Part shown: positions 10,148-20,454 of the stretch, in pieces
How positions within the stretch are numbered: position 1 is the stretch's first letter
Layout of the letters: the number at the start of each line of letters is the position of its first letter
Assembly (NCBI GenBank): GCA_041744215.1
Contig: JBGTLG010000040.1
Span: 1 to 64,000, forward strand
DNA: 64,000 nucleotides
DNA from: Fimbriimonadales bacterium
GTDB taxonomy: Bacteria > Armatimonadota > Fimbriimonadia > Fimbriimonadales > ATM1
Direction of reading: 5' to 3'
Made by a program: the position numbers and the translations under genes
The notes under the pieces: generated by a model
The model's database searches: none
The model's input: the letters and a program-made list of their open reading frames with translations, nothing else
Told to the model about the DNA's origin: nothing

Positions 10148-10482
10148 AGCGCCGTCTCTCCCCGTTCTCCTGTGCGGATGCGCACAGCGTCGAGGATATC
10201 AGTGACAAAAATCTTGCCATCGCCGATTTCGCCCGTTTGTGCGGCGTCAAGTATCGCTTCAATTGCCGTTTCGAGTTGGTCGTCTCTTACGACGACCTCG
10301 ATTCGAGCCTTGGGGAGCAGATTGATCGAATATGTGCTGCCCCGATACAGCTCGGTTCGCCCCTGCTGCCTGCCGTGTCCGCGCACCGTTTCAGTCGTCA
10401 GGCCGACAATACCTACTTCCTCAAGCCGGGCTTTTATCTCCTCGATTTTGTTTACGCGAACTATTGCATCAATCTTCTTCAT
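10144..10482 (-). CDS. glnB: Nitrogen regulatory protein P-II
   Basis: GHGRQQG, YRGSTY T-loop, TGEIGDGKIFV, RIRTGERG. Confidence 0.95.
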   Translation of the reverse strand: MKKIDAIVRVNKIEEIKARLEEVGIVGLTTETVRGHGRQQGRTELYRGSTYSINLLPKARIEVVVRDDQLETAIEAILDAAQTGEIGDGKIFVTDILDAVRIRTGERGETAL

Positions 10483-10549
10483 GGTTTTTTGGAGCCGAAC
10501 ACCGTCAGGAAGCGTACCCAATCGGGGCGACACCTCAAGGAAGTAACAG

Positions 10550-11248
10550 TTGGCAGAACGTTACCGGCCAGACATATCTATCATTGTTCCTGCGTACAAC
10601 GAGGAAGGAACGCTGTCCGAAGTCCTTGTTCGCGTTCTCGCGTTGCCGGTAAGCAAAGAAGTGATCGTTGTTGACGATTTCTCCACGGATGCCACGCCCG
10701 ACATTGCCAGGAAGTTTGGCGACTCGATCGTGTACTTGCGACAAGAACGAAATCAAGGCAAGGGTGCAGCAATCAGGTCGGGCCTAGCGGTCGCAACGGG
10801 TGAAGTCACGATCATCCAGGACGCGGATCTCGAATACCTCCCTGAGCAGATCCCAGATCTTGTGAGGCCCATCATAGAGGGCAAAGAAGACGTAGTCTAT
10901 GGAACTCGTTTTAGCAATGGCATGCATCCGAAGATGGCCCTGCCTAACAAGATTGTGAACAAACTACTGGTATGGACAGTTGCCCTGCTGTTTTGGAGGA
11001 GGATTACCGACGAGGCTACATGCTACAAAGCTGTTCGCACCTCTGTCTTGAGGGAGATGAATCTGGTTTGCAAGCGATTCGAGTTTTGCCCAGAGGTAAC
11101 TGCAAAAGCGATCCGAATGGGAAAGCGGATCGCTGAAGTTCCGATAAGTTACGAGCCTCGCGGCAAGAGCGCGGGAAAGAAGATTCGGTGGACGGATGGC
11201 GTTGAGGCGTTTTGGACGCTTTTTGTGCACCGTTTCTCCCGATTCTAA
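10550..11248 (+). CDS. Glycosyltransferase family 2 (DPM1-like)
   Basis: IIVPAYNE, VVDDFSTD, NQGKGAA, QDADLEY. Confidence 0.9.
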   Translation: MAERYRPDISIIVPAYNEEGTLSEVLVRVLALPVSKEVIVVDDFSTDATPDIARKFGDSIVYLRQERNQGKGAAIRSGLAVATGEVTIIQDADLEYLPEQIPDLVRPIIEGKEDVVYGTRFSNGMHPKMALPNKIVNKLLVWTVALLFWRRITDEATCYKAVRTSVLREMNLVCKRFEFCPEVTAKAIRMGKRIAEVPISYEPRGKSAGKKIRWTDGVEAFWTLFVHRFSRF

Positions 11249-12066
11249 CTGTTCTCGATGATTGCGATTATATCTGAGGCGTCTTCACTAAACGGAAGTG
11301 AGAGCTTTTGCATCCCGTGCTTGGTAGGAAGAAACAGCGAGTAGCCGCGATCTACGAGGCTCTTGTGCACACCAAACTCTCCTTCGGAGTGACGGTGAAC
11401 GTTCTCATAAACGATCGATGTGGGCGGAGCGTCATTCAAAATCGTCGACGCGCCTTTGAAAATGCTCTCCTCTGCGCCTTCCGCATCAATCTTGAGAACG
11501 TCGATCCGATCAATCCCGTTGTCCACAACGAACTGATCCAGCGTCGTCGCGGGAACATCGCCAGCTGCATCAACTGAGATTTGAGAAATAACAGCCCGCT
11601 CTGGCGGCTCTTCGGAGAACGAGACGCGTCCGCACTTGTCGCAAACTGCGTTGTCGCTGATCGTCACCTGAGAGAGGCGGTTCCGCTGAACGTTATCAAT
11701 CAAGTAACTTCGTTGGTGGCTCGCAGGCTCAAACGCAAACACTCTCCCAGATGCGCCGACTATTGGAGCGGCGGCAAGGGTGAACTGGCCAAAGTGTGCG
11801 CCAACATCTACAAATGTCATCCCAGCCTTTAGGTGCGCAGTGACCTCTCGTATGAGTTCCGCCTGATACCATCCCTTCATCCAGATGGTGAATCCCACGA
11901 TATCCGGGAGGTGCACTCGCATTTCGAGTCCGTTCGGCAAGTTGGTAACAGCATCTTCGGCTCGAGGAAACCACCGCTTGTAGAGCATGCCAGCGAGCCG
12001 CCCACTGCGCAACGGAGGCACGGCGCGCATCATTGCGCGAGCGGAACTGTGAACAAATCGTGGCAT
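11245..12066 (-). CDS. FkbM family methyltransferase (paralogue)
   Basis: FVDVGAHFG, AFEP, LKIDAEGAE. Confidence 0.9.
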   Translation of the reverse strand: MPRFVHSSARAMMRAVPPLRSGRLAGMLYKRWFPRAEDAVTNLPNGLEMRVHLPDIVGFTIWMKGWYQAELIREVTAHLKAGMTFVDVGAHFGQFTLAAAPIVGASGRVFAFEPASHQRSYLIDNVQRNRLSQVTISDNAVCDKCGRVSFSEEPPERAVISQISVDAAGDVPATTLDQFVVDNGIDRIDVLKIDAEGAEESIFKGASTILNDAPPTSIVYENVHRHSEGEFGVHKSLVDRGYSLFLPTKHGMQKLSLPFSEDASDIIAIIENS

Positions 12067-12140
12067 CTCCCTCCACCTCTCGGGGTTTACCCCCCGAGCC
12101 CATTATTGCAGATTGGCCAGCCGGTAGAATCGTCACGAAC

Positions 12141-12716
12141 ATGGATCCACTCCGCGTCCTGATTGCAGACGATGACCCGATCATCCGGCTGGACTTGAAG
12201 CAGATGCTTCAGAATCTGGGGTACGAGGTCGTTGGGGAGGCAGGTGATGGAGAGCAGGCGGTGAATCTTGCGCGGGCACTCATGCCCGACATCTGCGTGC
12301 TCGACGTGAAGATGCCGATCATGGACGGTATCGTGGCACTGTCTCAGATCGTTGAGGGAGAGATTTCGCCGGGGATACTCCTCACTGCGTATTCGGACCG
12401 AGACCTCATCGAACGGGCGCGTGATGCCGGAGCGTTCGCGTATCTGGTGAAGCCATTCAAGCCGAACGACTTGCCCCCGGCCATCGAAGTGGCGGTGGCG
12501 CGCTTCGCGCAGGTGAGGACCCTTAAGATTGAGGTCGCAGATGCAAAGGAACGACTGGAGGCAAGAAAAGTAATCGAAAGAGCAAAGCGGTTGCTAATGG
12601 AGGGCCAAGCTCTCTCCGAGACTGAGGCATACCGGCGCATCCAGCAGAAAAGCATGAATCTGCGAATGACGATGCGAGAAGTAGCTGAAGCGATCCTCGT
12701 TGCTGAGTCGGATTAG
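12141..12716 (+). CDS. ANTAR-domain response regulator (PdtaR/NasT-like)
   Basis: REC (IADD, LDVKMP, KPF) + RKVIERAK..LM...LSETEAYRRIQQKSM. Confidence 0.9.
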   Translation: MDPLRVLIADDDPIIRLDLKQMLQNLGYEVVGEAGDGEQAVNLARALMPDICVLDVKMPIMDGIVALSQIVEGEISPGILLTAYSDRDLIERARDAGAFAYLVKPFKPNDLPPAIEVAVARFAQVRTLKIEVADAKERLEARKVIERAKRLLMEGQALSETEAYRRIQQKSMNLRMTMREVAEAILVAESD

Positions 12717-13801
12717 GCTGAGTAGCCTTTCGTAGCGGTAAGCAGGCAGTCACCCAGATCTTTGTCGAGTGACGACTCTTCAGGAAGTAACACCCTATAC
12801 GTGTTATCGTAGCGCAAGGTGTTGTCAGCATGATGCTCCAGATAGTGTGCGTATAGATTCCCGAGTGACTCACTCAATTGGCTGCTCGTCACTTCGCTCA
12901 GCTTGCCAGTGCTCGACCACTCCCGGCGAGCTCTTCCACAGCTTTCGAGCGCACGTTTCGGAGTCTCGAACATACAAAACGTTTGCAAGCCTGATTCCAA
13001 GCCTCCAATGTATTGCATAAACGCCCAATGCCGTTTCTTGACCAGAAGCGGAAACGCGCTGCGAATGCCGCTTTCGTAGGCGCGGGCAACGTTTCCCATC
13101 TCGGCGCTGGTCTTAGCGATGATTCCTTCAACTTTCGCTCTGCTCAAGTCGTCAACGGCTACGCCATCGAGCGATCGGTATAGTCCATCCGCAGCGCTCG
13201 ACCTCAACTCATTGTTGCCGACGGCGCTGGCAAATCTCCAAGTGTCAATGTAGTTTTGGCTGAGTACCCAGAAGTCGTGTCCTCGAATCTGACCCCTAAT
13301 CGCAGCGCGCGCACGGCCAGCTTTTCGAAAATCGCCAGCCAGGGCCGCAGCCGAAACAAGACCGATGGATCCCATAACATAGCGCTCGTCGTCGCCGTGC
13401 TTTCCAGCGACCTTTCGCGCCCTTGCAAAGAACCTCGATGCTAGTTCGTACTCTCTTGCGCGCCGCATCGCTATTCCGCCATATTGGAGCCATATCGAAT
13501 TCTCGCGAGCCAAATGCGGGCTCTGTAATCGCTTCGAGACCATCGACGTTGCTCGCGCGAATTGCCAGGCATTTGCTGATTCGGCGAGTAGGTCGATGGC
13601 TAGCGGGTCGATCCTCAGCAACGTTTGGATGTCCGCCGATGCGGCCATTCGTTCGACCCTCTCTACCGCGAGTGAGAGCAGGATTTCGAGTTCGCTGGAG
13701 CGAAGTTGAGTGGACTCGCTCGCCCGAGCGACACCACTCACAGCCGCAAGCGGGTCTACTGGCCCTTCCGGGTCAGTCATATCGGGCGCGTTCACAGCCA
13801 T
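12713..13801 (-). CDS. Hypothetical protein, probably helical/TPR-like
   Basis: 362 aa ORF filling the gap; Ala-rich helical pattern; no recognised motif. Confidence 0.55.
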   Translation of the reverse strand: MAVNAPDMTDPEGPVDPLAAVSGVARASESTQLRSSELEILLSLAVERVERMAASADIQTLLRIDPLAIDLLAESANAWQFARATSMVSKRLQSPHLARENSIWLQYGGIAMRRAREYELASRFFARARKVAGKHGDDERYVMGSIGLVSAAALAGDFRKAGRARAAIRGQIRGHDFWVLSQNYIDTWRFASAVGNNELRSSAADGLYRSLDGVAVDDLSRAKVEGIIAKTSAEMGNVARAYESGIRSAFPLLVKKRHWAFMQYIGGLESGLQTFCMFETPKRALESCGRARREWSSTGKLSEVTSSQLSESLGNLYAHYLEHHADNTLRYDNTYRVLLPEESSLDKDLGDCLLTATKGYSA

Positions 13802-13811
13802 TGCTCACATT

Positions 13812-14129
13812 TTACGCAGATTCCGCATAAATTCGGAAGTGGGCGTCAGACGAGATGATGCTCGCAGGCGTGCAGAGGCACATAACGCCAGAGTTTATGC
13901 CGCCCACGCCCTCGCAGACATTTGGGCTGTCGATCGGGTCTTTCTTGCTCCAGCTAAAAACTTCGTATGTGACAGCAATTCCAGTTGGGAGAGCGGGCAC
14001 AACTCCATTTGGATCGTGCGCAGCGATGAAGGCGACGGGATCGCCGATCAGCGATTCAAGGTCACCAGCGGCCATGTCGAGGTGGATGTGGGTCACCCCG
14101 CCAATGTTCATAGATTCAAAGTCAGCCAT
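13812..14129 (-). CDS. Hypothetical 105 aa protein with Cys-rich C-terminus
   Basis: ORF ends 10 nt before the next gene; TAGATT 5 nt before ATG 14129 favours this start. Confidence 0.5.
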   Translation of the reverse strand: MADFESMNIGGVTHIHLDMAAGDLESLIGDPVAFIAAHDPNGVVPALPTGIAVTYEVFSWSKKDPIDSPNVCEGVGGINSGVMCLCTPASIISSDAHFRIYAESA

Positions 14130-14253
14130 AAAGTAATCTATTCGACAAGACGAGGCTATCTCCTTCATTGAGTTTGCAGAACTAGGTGCGTGCGGAGTCG
14201 CCTAGAAACTCATGCCCATGGCCTCGCGAGCCAGAACGGGGTAAACAGACGGC

Positions 14254-15090
14254 ATGAGACAGAAGGCGGCGAAGCGGAATGACGGCGTCAACGCCCTACT
14301 CTTCTTTGGTCTCGCGTTAGCCATGTCCTGGGCGGCCTGGATCCTCGCGGTTGGAATTGATGCGGCTACAGGAGAAGCGGCCGGCGACGTTCTGATTGCG
14401 ATCGGCAGTATGGGTCCCGCTCTCGCCGCAATAATCGTTCTCTTCTGGCGGGGCGATAAGAAGCTGCGCCACGACTACTGGAGGAGGCTGATCGATAACC
14501 GCGTGATCGGCGGCCGATGGTATCTGGTCATGCTCCTCTTGCCTGGCGTCATTGTCTTCTCTGCGATCCTCGTTTCGCTCGCTCTGGGTGGCTCCACAGA
14601 TCAGCTGCAGCTCGTGCCAGAGCTTCGCGGCGGGGTCGTTGCGTTCCTGCCATTTGCCGCATACGTGTTCTTCGTCGGGCCGCTGCCACAGGAACTCGGC
14701 TGGAGAGGATTTGGGCTACACGCACTGCTCCACAAGTACAACGGGTTGGTGGCAAGTTTGGTGTTGGCCGCATTCTGGGCCACGTGGCATGTACCGCTAT
14801 TCTTTATCGGGGACTATCCTCTCGCGGTCATCGCGGAGGAGCCGGTACGCTTGTCAATCTACTTCGCAAAGTTTATTCCTCTGAGCATCCTGTACACGTG
14901 GATCTTTATAGGAACTTCGCATCGAACGCTCTCTGCGATTCTGTTTCACTTTTCGATTAGCTTCTTTGGGATGATCGTTGAGATTGATCCAGTAACCGAA
15001 TCGATCATCCTCGTCGGTTATGTCTTGGCTGCGGGACTTGTGTTGTTTCGGAAGGGGCCTTCGGTCGGGGAAGAGAAACTATTGAGATAG
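14254..15090 (+). CDS. CPBP (Abi/CAAX protease) family membrane protein, degenerate motifs
   Basis: GPLPQELGWRG, FWATWHVP, ILFHFSIS; multiple TM. Confidence 0.85.
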   Translation: MRQKAAKRNDGVNALLFFGLALAMSWAAWILAVGIDAATGEAAGDVLIAIGSMGPALAAIIVLFWRGDKKLRHDYWRRLIDNRVIGGRWYLVMLLLPGVIVFSAILVSLALGGSTDQLQLVPELRGGVVAFLPFAAYVFFVGPLPQELGWRGFGLHALLHKYNGLVASLVLAAFWATWHVPLFFIGDYPLAVIAEEPVRLSIYFAKFIPLSILYTWIFIGTSHRTLSAILFHFSISFFGMIVEIDPVTESIILVGYVLAAGLVLFRKGPSVGEEKLLR

Positions 15091-16584
15091 CCGGATCGCC
15101 TCAACTCCGAGAGCCTCGCAGGCCGCTTCGAGTTCGCCTATCCAGTCACCGAAGATGGCGTGAATGTGGTTCGACGCATAGAGTTTCGAGAGGTCTTCGC
15201 GCGGGCAATCGAACACTGCCCAGGCGTGCGGCCATTCCGGCGTGGTCTGGGCGGAGAGCTTTCGATCGACCTCTTCTCCAAAACGAACAAAGCTGCCGGT
15301 GAAAAGGTGCATCCGATACTGACCACTCTTGCGCGTCACGCGTGCAAATGTAACCTTATCTGCAGGCTCACTGAAGAACTCGACAGACGCGCCGCCGTTC
15401 GGAAAGTACATCGGATTGCTCGGATGGAGCCGAACTTCTCCCCAGTTCTCGCGGAAGTCGTCGCTTCGGTGACTAAACCACGGTGCATGCTGACCGCTGT
15501 TTACAAGATCGTACACTCCGTCTCCCGCGAACGATCCTCCGGCTTCCGCAATGTCCGCGGCGGTGAAGTAGTGGCGGAGGTCAGCAAAAAGCGCGGGTGT
15601 CCCAGACAGCAGGTGCATGATTTGCATTGTGAGGGCGCCGTTGCTGTCGCATTCTGTAGCGCAGACAATCGGCTTCTTGTTCTCATCTTCCCAGTCTGCT
15701 GTGTCGTTCAACAGAGCTTCAGGTACGTCCATCGTGATCCCGTCCTTCCACTCTGTGTAGTCTAGTTGGCCGGTGAGGCCGAGGAAGTCGATTCCTTCTG
15801 CTTTGCAGTAGTCCTTGCACGCGAGATAGAAGCGAACTTGCTTGGCGAGGTGGCCGCTGATATCATCAGTCAATCGATCATCGTTCCAAAGGATTTCTTT
15901 GCAATGCGACTTCAGCCATTCGAGTCCTGCGAGTACGCGTTCGTCGGAGATTTCATCGCACAGCCAAGCGAGCGTCAACTGGCTGCGATGAAACACGTGC
16001 ACACCAAACTGCGACATCCACTGGCTCGGGTCAATATGTCCCGTGTACATCCCCATGCTCGGCCCGTCGAACTCGCCATAGCGCATCCCGCCAAGCCGAT
16101 CTGCAACGTCGAATCCCTTTTCGCGCTTGCTGAGAGCGTTAGACGATAGCCATGCCCGCATTTCATCCGCGATCTTCGCGTCCGAGAGGTCGCCCAAGAT
16201 TCGTCCAAACGGAACTCCTATCTCATCGAGCGTCCCCGCGGCCGCAAAGAACGCCACCCAGCCTGGAAATCCTGGATTGATGTTGCCAAGAAAGCAGATA
16301 GGAATTGCGGCGCCGGAGAGTTCTCTGGCCGCTTGCGCCACGAAGTCGGGATACGCCCAAACGCAAAAATTGAAAATGACGGCATCGCAACGGGCCTCAA
16401 CCATTCTTGTGGCGTTGTCGATTGACGTGCGGTAGTTCCAGCTTATGGAATGACCCTGCACCGGCTCATGGCCTTCGATCTGCAGCCACTCTGCGACTCG
16501 CTTCTGAAAATCAAAGCACTGTGCCTCGAGCATGTCCGCCGCTCGTTTTCGTCCGTCAGTAAACGTGATGATTCCTACTTTCAT
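15079..16584 (-). CDS. L-fucose/D-arabinose isomerase family protein
   Basis: SMGMYTG, CATECDSNGALTM, PALFADLRH, NSGQH, PEWPHAW, SNHIH. Confidence 0.85.
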   Translation of the reverse strand: MKVGIITFTDGRKRAADMLEAQCFDFQKRVAEWLQIEGHEPVQGHSISWNYRTSIDNATRMVEARCDAVIFNFCVWAYPDFVAQAARELSGAAIPICFLGNINPGFPGWVAFFAAAGTLDEIGVPFGRILGDLSDAKIADEMRAWLSSNALSKREKGFDVADRLGGMRYGEFDGPSMGMYTGHIDPSQWMSQFGVHVFHRSQLTLAWLCDEISDERVLAGLEWLKSHCKEILWNDDRLTDDISGHLAKQVRFYLACKDYCKAEGIDFLGLTGQLDYTEWKDGITMDVPEALLNDTADWEDENKKPIVCATECDSNGALTMQIMHLLSGTPALFADLRHYFTAADIAEAGGSFAGDGVYDLVNSGQHAPWFSHRSDDFRENWGEVRLHPSNPMYFPNGGASVEFFSEPADKVTFARVTRKSGQYRMHLFTGSFVRFGEEVDRKLSAQTTPEWPHAWAVFDCPREDLSKLYASNHIHAIFGDWIGELEAACEALGVEAIRLSQ

Positions 16585-16651
16585 GGCCTTGCAGAGTTTC
16601 GACACCGGCATGGGTAACTCCTCCCGCCATACTGGGTAACCTCTGTTCGCC

Positions 16652-17509
16652 ATGTCAAGTGCAATCGAATCAAGAGGATATGTGACCCCGGATGCTCTCG
16701 TATCCACCGACTGGGTTGCAGAGCATCTTGCTGACCCTTCTGTCAGGATTATCGAGTCCAACGAAGATCTGCTGCTGTACCCGTCTGGTCACATTCCGGG
16801 TGCAGTCGAAGTTGATTGGACCCGAGACCTCAACGATCAAGTGACCCGTGACTACATCGATTCAGAGCAGTTCGGCGCGCTCATGTCGAAGATCGGCGTA
16901 TCTCCAGAGACGACGGTTGTCTTCTATGGCGACCGCAACAATTGGTGGGCGGCCTACGCGTTGTGGGTTTTCTCGCTCTTCGGGCATTACAACGCGAAAA
17001 TCATGGATGGCGGAAGGCTAAAGTGGGTTAACGAAGACAGAGAAATGACGACTGATGTCCCGACGTACCAGCCGACGAGTTACACACCGGTACCGCGAGA
17101 CGATACGTCGAATAGAGCCTTTCGTGATGAGGTCGTCTTGCACTCGAGAATGCGAAATGTACTAATTGATGTCCGCTCTCCCGAGGAGTTTAGCGGCGAA
17201 CGGCTCCATATGCCAGATTTCCCCAATGAGGGCGCATTAAGGGGAGGTCACATTCCTGGCGCAGCTAATGTTCCGTGGGCGAAGGCAGTTAATCCTTCGG
17301 ATGGCACCTTCAAGCCCTACGCGGAACTCATGGAACTGTACGGAGGGTACGGGCCTGACGAAGACGTCGTCGTCTATTGCAGAATCGGCGAACGAAGCAG
17401 CCACACTTGGTTCGTACTGAAGTTTCTGCTCGGTTTCCCGAACGTCCGTAACTACGACGGTTCATGGACAGAGTGGGGCAATAGTGTTGGCCTGCCAATA
17501 GAAAAGTGA
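16652..17509 (+). CDS. sseA: Thiosulfate sulfurtransferase (two-domain rhodanese)
   Basis: GHIPGA twice, [15 protein letters not shown]. Confidence 0.9.
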   Translation: MSSAIESRGYVTPDALVSTDWVAEHLADPSVRIIESNEDLLLYPSGHIPGAVEVDWTRDLNDQVTRDYIDSEQFGALMSKIGVSPETTVVFYGDRNNWWAAYALWVFSLFGHYNAKIMDGGRLKWVNEDREMTTDVPTYQPTSYTPVPRDDTSNRAFRDEVVLHSRMRNVLIDVRSPEEFSGERLHMPDFPNEGALRGGHIPGAANVPWAKAVNPSDGTFKPYAELMELYGGYGPDEDVVVYCRIGERSSHTWFVLKFLLGFPNVRNYDGSWTEWGNSVGLPIEK

Positions 17510-17928
17510 TGCCTCCGAAAGTTGCCGCCATCGTCGAGGCGATCAAGGGCATCGATGACCGACAGGAGCGAATTGAGGCACTGATCTCGTTGGCCAACAA
17601 GTTTCGCGAAGTTCCACTTGACATCGCAAGTCGCCCGTACCCACAGTCGAACAAGGTTCCATCGTGTGAATCCCAAGCGTATGTGTTCGTCGCCAAGCTT
17701 GAGAGCGGTGGCTATGATATTCACTTCGCAGTTGAAAATCCTCAGGGTGTTTCGGCGAAGGCCCTTGCTGCGCTGCTTCAGCAGGCATCGGGATCGTGTT
17801 CTGAAGAAATCCTTGCGATCAATGAAGAGATCGTCTACGACATCTTTGGCAGAGAACTCTCAATGGGAAAAAGTGCAGGATTGACGGAGATGATTCGAAC
17901 AGTTAAAGCGCTCTTAAAGACGACTTAA
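17506..17928 (+). CDS. sufE: SufE family sulfur acceptor protein
   Basis: [14 protein letters not shown] overlap with sseA. Confidence 0.8.
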   Translation: MMPPKVAAIVEAIKGIDDRQERIEALISLANKFREVPLDIASRPYPQSNKVPSCESQAYVFVAKLESGGYDIHFAVENPQGVSAKALAALLQQASGSCSEEILAINEEIVYDIFGRELSMGKSAGLTEMIRTVKALLKTT

Positions 17929-18032
17929 CGAGAAGTTCATGATGCGATAACAGCCGGGTAACGCCAGCTCTCCAAAGTAGGTCCGGTGGCAGTCTTGCTA
18001 CCAACCGAACACTCGATAAGGAGAGTCAGAAC

Positions 18033-18755
18033 ATGAGAGCAATCAGTACGGCTGCGGTCTGTGCAGCTATCTCGTCACTCGCGTATGCGGGGATCTTCGA
18101 CGCAGCAGCCTTTGACAACGCAACCATTCAGCCCGGAGGCCCAAGGAGCGGCGCAAACGGTAAGCGGTTCTTCAATGTTGAAGGCAACAATTTTGGGAGC
18201 TTTGCTTCTTTCGGAGTCCTCGACTTTCGATCGACCGATCTGGGCATCGGGGCTCCGATCGTAGATATCACTTCCGTCAAGCTGAAGATGCACCACGCCC
18301 CGGCCGGGTTTAGCGCGTCAGGGAATGTAAATCTGTGGATCACAGAGGACGTCGGCGCAGACATCCAGCCCGGGTCTAGCACGCTTGTTTTTGATCCGAC
18401 AAGTTTGCCTGACGGCGTTGGTGGCCAACTCGCGCCGCTCTATGCGGCTGGGATCGGGGTCTATGACGCAACGCAGCCGGACGAGTTCCTATTCGAATAC
18501 ACGCTGGCTCTGTCAGGAGCGGCGAAGACGTACCTCGTCAACCAGGTGAATGCAAGCGGAAACATTCGTTTGATTGTGTCTCCGGCGGAAGACGGTGTGG
18601 CTGCGACATACAGCGGATTCACCGACACACTGGCAGCGGGAGGAAGCGCGGCGCCGATTTTGGAAATGGACGCGCAGGTGGTTCCGGAGCCAGCGACTCT
18701 TGCTGCGATAGGATTGGGGCTTGGACTGTTGGCGCGCAGGAAGCGCCGATCGTAA
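18033..18755 (+). CDS. PEP-CTERM sorting domain protein
   Basis: Signal peptide (AYA), VPEPATLAAIGLGLGLLARRKRR. Confidence 0.9.
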   Translation: MRAISTAAVCAAISSLAYAGIFDAAAFDNATIQPGGPRSGANGKRFFNVEGNNFGSFASFGVLDFRSTDLGIGAPIVDITSVKLKMHHAPAGFSASGNVNLWITEDVGADIQPGSSTLVFDPTSLPDGVGGQLAPLYAAGIGVYDATQPDEFLFEYTLALSGAAKTYLVNQVNASGNIRLIVSPAEDGVAATYSGFTDTLAAGGSAAPILEMDAQVVPEPATLAAIGLGLGLLARRKRRS

Positions 18756-18766
18756 CAACTGCAATC

Positions 18767-18807
18767 GAGGGGTAGTGGAATGCCGGATTGAGTTGCCATT
18801 ACCCCTC
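18767..18807 (+). terminator. Hairpin after PEP-CTERM gene
   Basis: GAGGGGTAGTGG / CCATTACCCCTC inverted repeat; no U-tract. Confidence 0.4.
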
Positions 18808-18904
18808 CATCAACAGGCTGTCAAGACGGGGCTCAGAAAGGACGATCAGGCGCATTGGGATCCCGTCTAATCATCCGTTAACGGCTTTCGAGATAGAATC
18901 AGCC

Positions 18905-20452
18905 ATGCGACGGCTTTCGATTCTCCTTTTTCTCGCTCTTGCTTCGGCCTGCGTCTCCCAGGATTTCTCCCTTACGGTAATCCACAACAACGACGTCCAT
19001 GCGAACGTCGAGCCACGCAGGGTTCGTGACGCGACGTACGGTGGATACGCCCGGATGGCCACCGCGATTGCCAGAGTAAGAGAAAAAGCCGTCAATCCGA
19101 TCGTTCTGTCGGGCGGCGATGTCTTCCAAGGGACGCTCTACTTCAACGTCTACCAGGGCCTCGTGGATGTCGCAGCTATGAATTACATTGGATTTGATGC
19201 GATGGCTGTAGGGAATCACGAGTTCGATCGTGGGCCAAAGGTGTTTGCTGAGTTTCTGCGGCTTGCTACATTTCCGGTGCTCGCCGCCAACATCGACGTG
19301 TCCGATGACCCGGACCTAAAGAGTTTGTTGAAGCCGTCCACTGTGTTGACGATTGGGGGCGAGAAGGTTGGCATCGTCGGTGCGATTACTCCTGATTTGC
19401 CAACGATTAGCAGCCCGGGTCCGCATTTGCGCATGAAACCCTTCTTCGAAAGCTTGCAGTCGGAAGTCGACAAACTCAAAGCGCAAGGGATTAACAAGAT
19501 CATTCTCGTTAGCCACAGCGGATATGAACTCGAAAAGGAAGTCGCTTCCAAGGTTCGGGGTATCGATGTCATTGTTGGTGGGCACAGCCACACGCCGCTC
19601 GGCGAGCAGCCTTCGCCGAATCTGCCTGCCGGGAGTGGACCCTATCCAACCGTTGAAAAAGATCCGAACGGTGACACGGTTCTCGTTCTGCAGGCTTACC
19701 AGTGGGGGATGGTGCTTGGAAACATTCGCATCGACTTTGATGGGGCTGGCAGAATAATCGGCTGGTCTGATACGCCACCGATCGCATTGGATGCGGGGTT
19801 CCCAGACGACCCTGTGATGGCCGCGATGATCGCCGCTTACCGAAAGCCGATAGATGCCCTCGCAAACGAAGTCATTGCCAAAACAGAGACCGGCATCGCA
19901 CGCGGATCCTTCGCAGAGGAGTCTCCGATGGGGAACATGATCGCAGATTCCCAACTCGCCTATTGCAAGTCGATGGGTGCCGTCGCAGCGTTCATGAATA
20001 ATGGCGGGATTAGAGCTTCACTCGAAGTCGGCGAGATCACGTACGGTGCGGCGATCGCGGTGCAACCTTTCAACAACACGCTCGTCGTGCTCGAACTAAC
20101 TGGCGAACAGATCAAGCAGGCACTCGAATGGGGACTTCGTGCAATCCCGGAAGGCACTGGCGGCATGATTCACGTCTCGCAAGGATCATCGTATGTTGCG
20201 GATAAGTCAAGGCCGGTTGGTGATCGAGTGATTGAGATACGGATTGCAGGCGAGGTGCTGGACCAGTCTAAGACCTATCGGATTGTCGTGAACTCGTTCC
20301 TGGCAGCCGGCGGGGACGCCCATGAAGTCATCAAGAACGCGACCGGCGAACGCATTGACACGGGCTTTCTTGATATAGACGCTTTTGTCGACTACCTCAA
20401 AGCAAACACGCCAGTCACGGCAAAGAGGGAAGGGCGCATAGTCATTCGCTGA
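18905..20452 (+). CDS. Bifunctional metallophosphatase/5'-nucleotidase (UshA-like)
   Basis: NDVH, GGDVFQG, GNHEFD, SHSG, GGHSH, NNGGIR, PFNN. Confidence 0.92.
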   Translation: MRRLSILLFLALASACVSQDFSLTVIHNNDVHANVEPRRVRDATYGGYARMATAIARVREKAVNPIVLSGGDVFQGTLYFNVYQGLVDVAAMNYIGFDAMAVGNHEFDRGPKVFAEFLRLATFPVLAANIDVSDDPDLKSLLKPSTVLTIGGEKVGIVGAITPDLPTISSPGPHLRMKPFFESLQSEVDKLKAQGINKIILVSHSGYELEKEVASKVRGIDVIVGGHSHTPLGEQPSPNLPAGSGPYPTVEKDPNGDTVLVLQAYQWGMVLGNIRIDFDGAGRIIGWSDTPPIALDAGFPDDPVMAAMIAAYRKPIDALANEVIAKTETGIARGSFAEESPMGNMIADSQLAYCKSMGAVAAFMNNGGIRASLEVGEITYGAAIAVQPFNNTLVVLELTGEQIKQALEWGLRAIPEGTGGMIHVSQGSSYVADKSRPVGDRVIEIRIAGEVLDQSKTYRIVVNSFLAAGGDAHEVIKNATGERIDTGFLDIDAFVDYLKANTPVTAKREGRIVIR

Positions 20453-20454
20453 GC

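Noticed and set aside
16585..16761. Extended start of the fucose isomerase overlapping sseA
   Set aside because: Family-like sequence begins at MKVGII; the extension would overlap the divergent gene
17988..18002. Sigma54 promoter before the PEP-CTERM gene (TGGCAGTCTTGC)
   Set aside because: GG-to-GC spacing too short for -24/-12; similar near-misses at ~26150 and ~32715 also fail
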